32,000 bases of DNA from Cupriavidus necator (lineage in GTDB: Bacteria > Pseudomonadota > Gammaproteobacteria > Burkholderiales > Burkholderiaceae): the NCBI RefSeq assembly GCF_016127575.1, contig NZ_CP066018.1, positions 3,240,001-3,272,000 on the forward strand, in the 5' to 3' direction. The notes below the pieces were generated by a model. It worked only from the letters and a program-made list of their open reading frames with translations. It did no database searches and was not told where the DNA came from. Each line of letters starts with the position of its first letter. The first letter of the stretch is position 1. The translations under genes and the position numbers were made by a program. Positions 31,337 through 32,000 of the stretch are shown piece after piece.

Positions 31337-31505
31337 ACTCGCTTTCTTGATTCTCTTTCGGGTGGCCGGACACTGCTTGCGCGCAGGCGCAGGTCGTCAG
31401 AGCCATGTATGCCATGGCGGACATAGTCGAATTGCTGGCGATGCAACCGGTTCCAGCACCGGTGGCGCGGCGCAACGTGGCCTCGACCACATTTTGGTCC
31501 TTCAC
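31155..31505 (-). CDS. hypothetical ORF; only the 5' approximately 55 codons look coding
   Basis: My hand count of GC3 is about 70% for 31505-31340 and about 53% after that. There the translation becomes Arg/Ser-rich junk, while the overlapping frame (31034..31336) looks protein-like. Confidence 0.3.
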   Translation of the reverse strand: MKDQNVVEATLRRATGAGTGCIASNSTMSAMAYMALTTCACAQAVSGHPKENQESECARPYRRHGGLVLDCLNLAGRHDRSNRKSLCSTPRRSIGHAELGDRNCSIAWIGAPDGQS

Positions 31506-31607
31506 ACGGAGGCTCGGCTTTGGTTAGATAGACTCCGGAGCGGAAATCCATTGTCTGTCAGGGGATGGCCATGAATGCCGCTGCGGGACGAACTGGGCGG
31601 ATCGATC

Positions 31608-32000
31608 ATGAAGCGTTTGTTCGACATAGTTTTCGCCTCCATGGCATTGCTCGTGCTGGCCATTCCGTTGCTGATCCTGGCTGGCGCAGTGCGATGGAAG
31701 CTGGGCAGTCCGGTGCTGTTTCGTGCAACACGTGCAGGCCTGGGTGCCAGGCCATTCGAAGTCGTGAAGTTCCGAACCATGACGGAAGAGCGAGGCCCTG
31801 ATGACCAGCTCTTGCCGGATGAAGAAAGGCTCACGCCGTTCGGCAATTTTCTGCGCCGCTCCAGTCTCGATGAGCTGCCTCAGTTCTGGTGCGTTCTGGT
31901 GGGCGATATGAGTGTCATTGGTCCACGACCTTTGCCGATGAAGTACCTGCCGTTCTACTCACCGGACCAGGCACGTCGTCATCTGGTCCGTCCCGGCATT
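31608..32000 (+). CDS. bacterial sugar transferase (monotopic phosphoglycosyl transferase, PglC/WbaP C-terminal type); 3' end outside the window
   Basis: This ORF is not in the supplied track because it has no stop within the window. The translation is MKRLFDIVFASMALLVLAIPLLILAGAVRWKLGSPVLFRATRAGLGARPFEVVKFRTMTEE...FLRRSSLDELPQFWCVLVGDMSVIGPRPL, which carries the KFRTM, DELPQ and GPRP motifs. An in-frame ATG at 31575 is an alternative start. Confidence 0.9.
   Translation, partial: MKRLFDIVFASMALLVLAIPLLILAGAVRWKLGSPVLFRATRAGLGARPFEVVKFRTMTEERGPDDQLLPDEERLTPFGNFLRRSSLDELPQFWCVLVGDMSVIGPRPLPMKYLPFYSPDQARRHLVRPGI

Noticed and set aside
1-32000. CRISPR arrays, rRNA genes, integrases or prophage genes, and known defence-system genes
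   Set aside because: Reading both strands, I found no regularly spaced direct repeats and no such gene families. The only mobile-element trace is the IS256 remnant at 29345-29551. The only tandem repeat is the in-frame 39-nt coding repeat at 1894-2027.

Overview
High-GC (about 65-70%) chromosomal segment, most consistent with a Burkholderiaceae betaproteobacterium of the Cupriavidus/Ralstonia type. That guess rests on gene content (Bug-family binding protein, many LysR regulators, gene order), not on any search.

Most of the window is ordinary core or metabolic DNA:
- a crotonase/CoA-transferase pair
- a MASE1 sensor kinase with a NarL-type regulator, next to a tiny secreted repeat protein
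- a ttu-like tartrate/D-malate cluster (LysR, TtuC, TtuD) whose pyruvate kinase gene is reduced to a frameshifted C-terminal stub
- an orphan Bug binding protein plus an enolase-superfamily enzyme
- two exported hydrolases
- two identical tRNA-Leu(CAG) genes bracketing decayed gene fragments
- metQ, a 5'-truncated mazF-like remnant, a VOC protein and an MsAcT-like SGNH hydrolase
- a translationally coupled DUF1857-MFS pair
- an acyl-CoA-binding protein
- a tightly coupled tsaB-rimI-UDG4-DUF1853 operon
- lplT, alr, radA, a GNAT gene and dsbB

Right after the dsbB terminator, an internally deleted IS256-family transposase remnant coincides with a clear GC drop to about 50%. There a glycan-type locus begins: a flavin monooxygenase-like gene, unassigned overlapping ORFs and a phosphoglycosyl transferase that runs off the window.

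I found no CRISPR array, rRNA, prophage or recognisable defence system. Most long ORFs in the track that lie antisense to, or out of frame with, these genes are GC-driven shadow ORFs.

The candidates I consider most worth follow-up:
- the D-x-Y-x-D-G repeat protein with its MASE1 two-component neighbour
- the tRNA-Leu duplication that encloses gene wreckage
- the DUF1853 gene coupled to a DNA glycosylase
- the SGNH / DUF1857 / MFS module
- the low-GC locus at the right end
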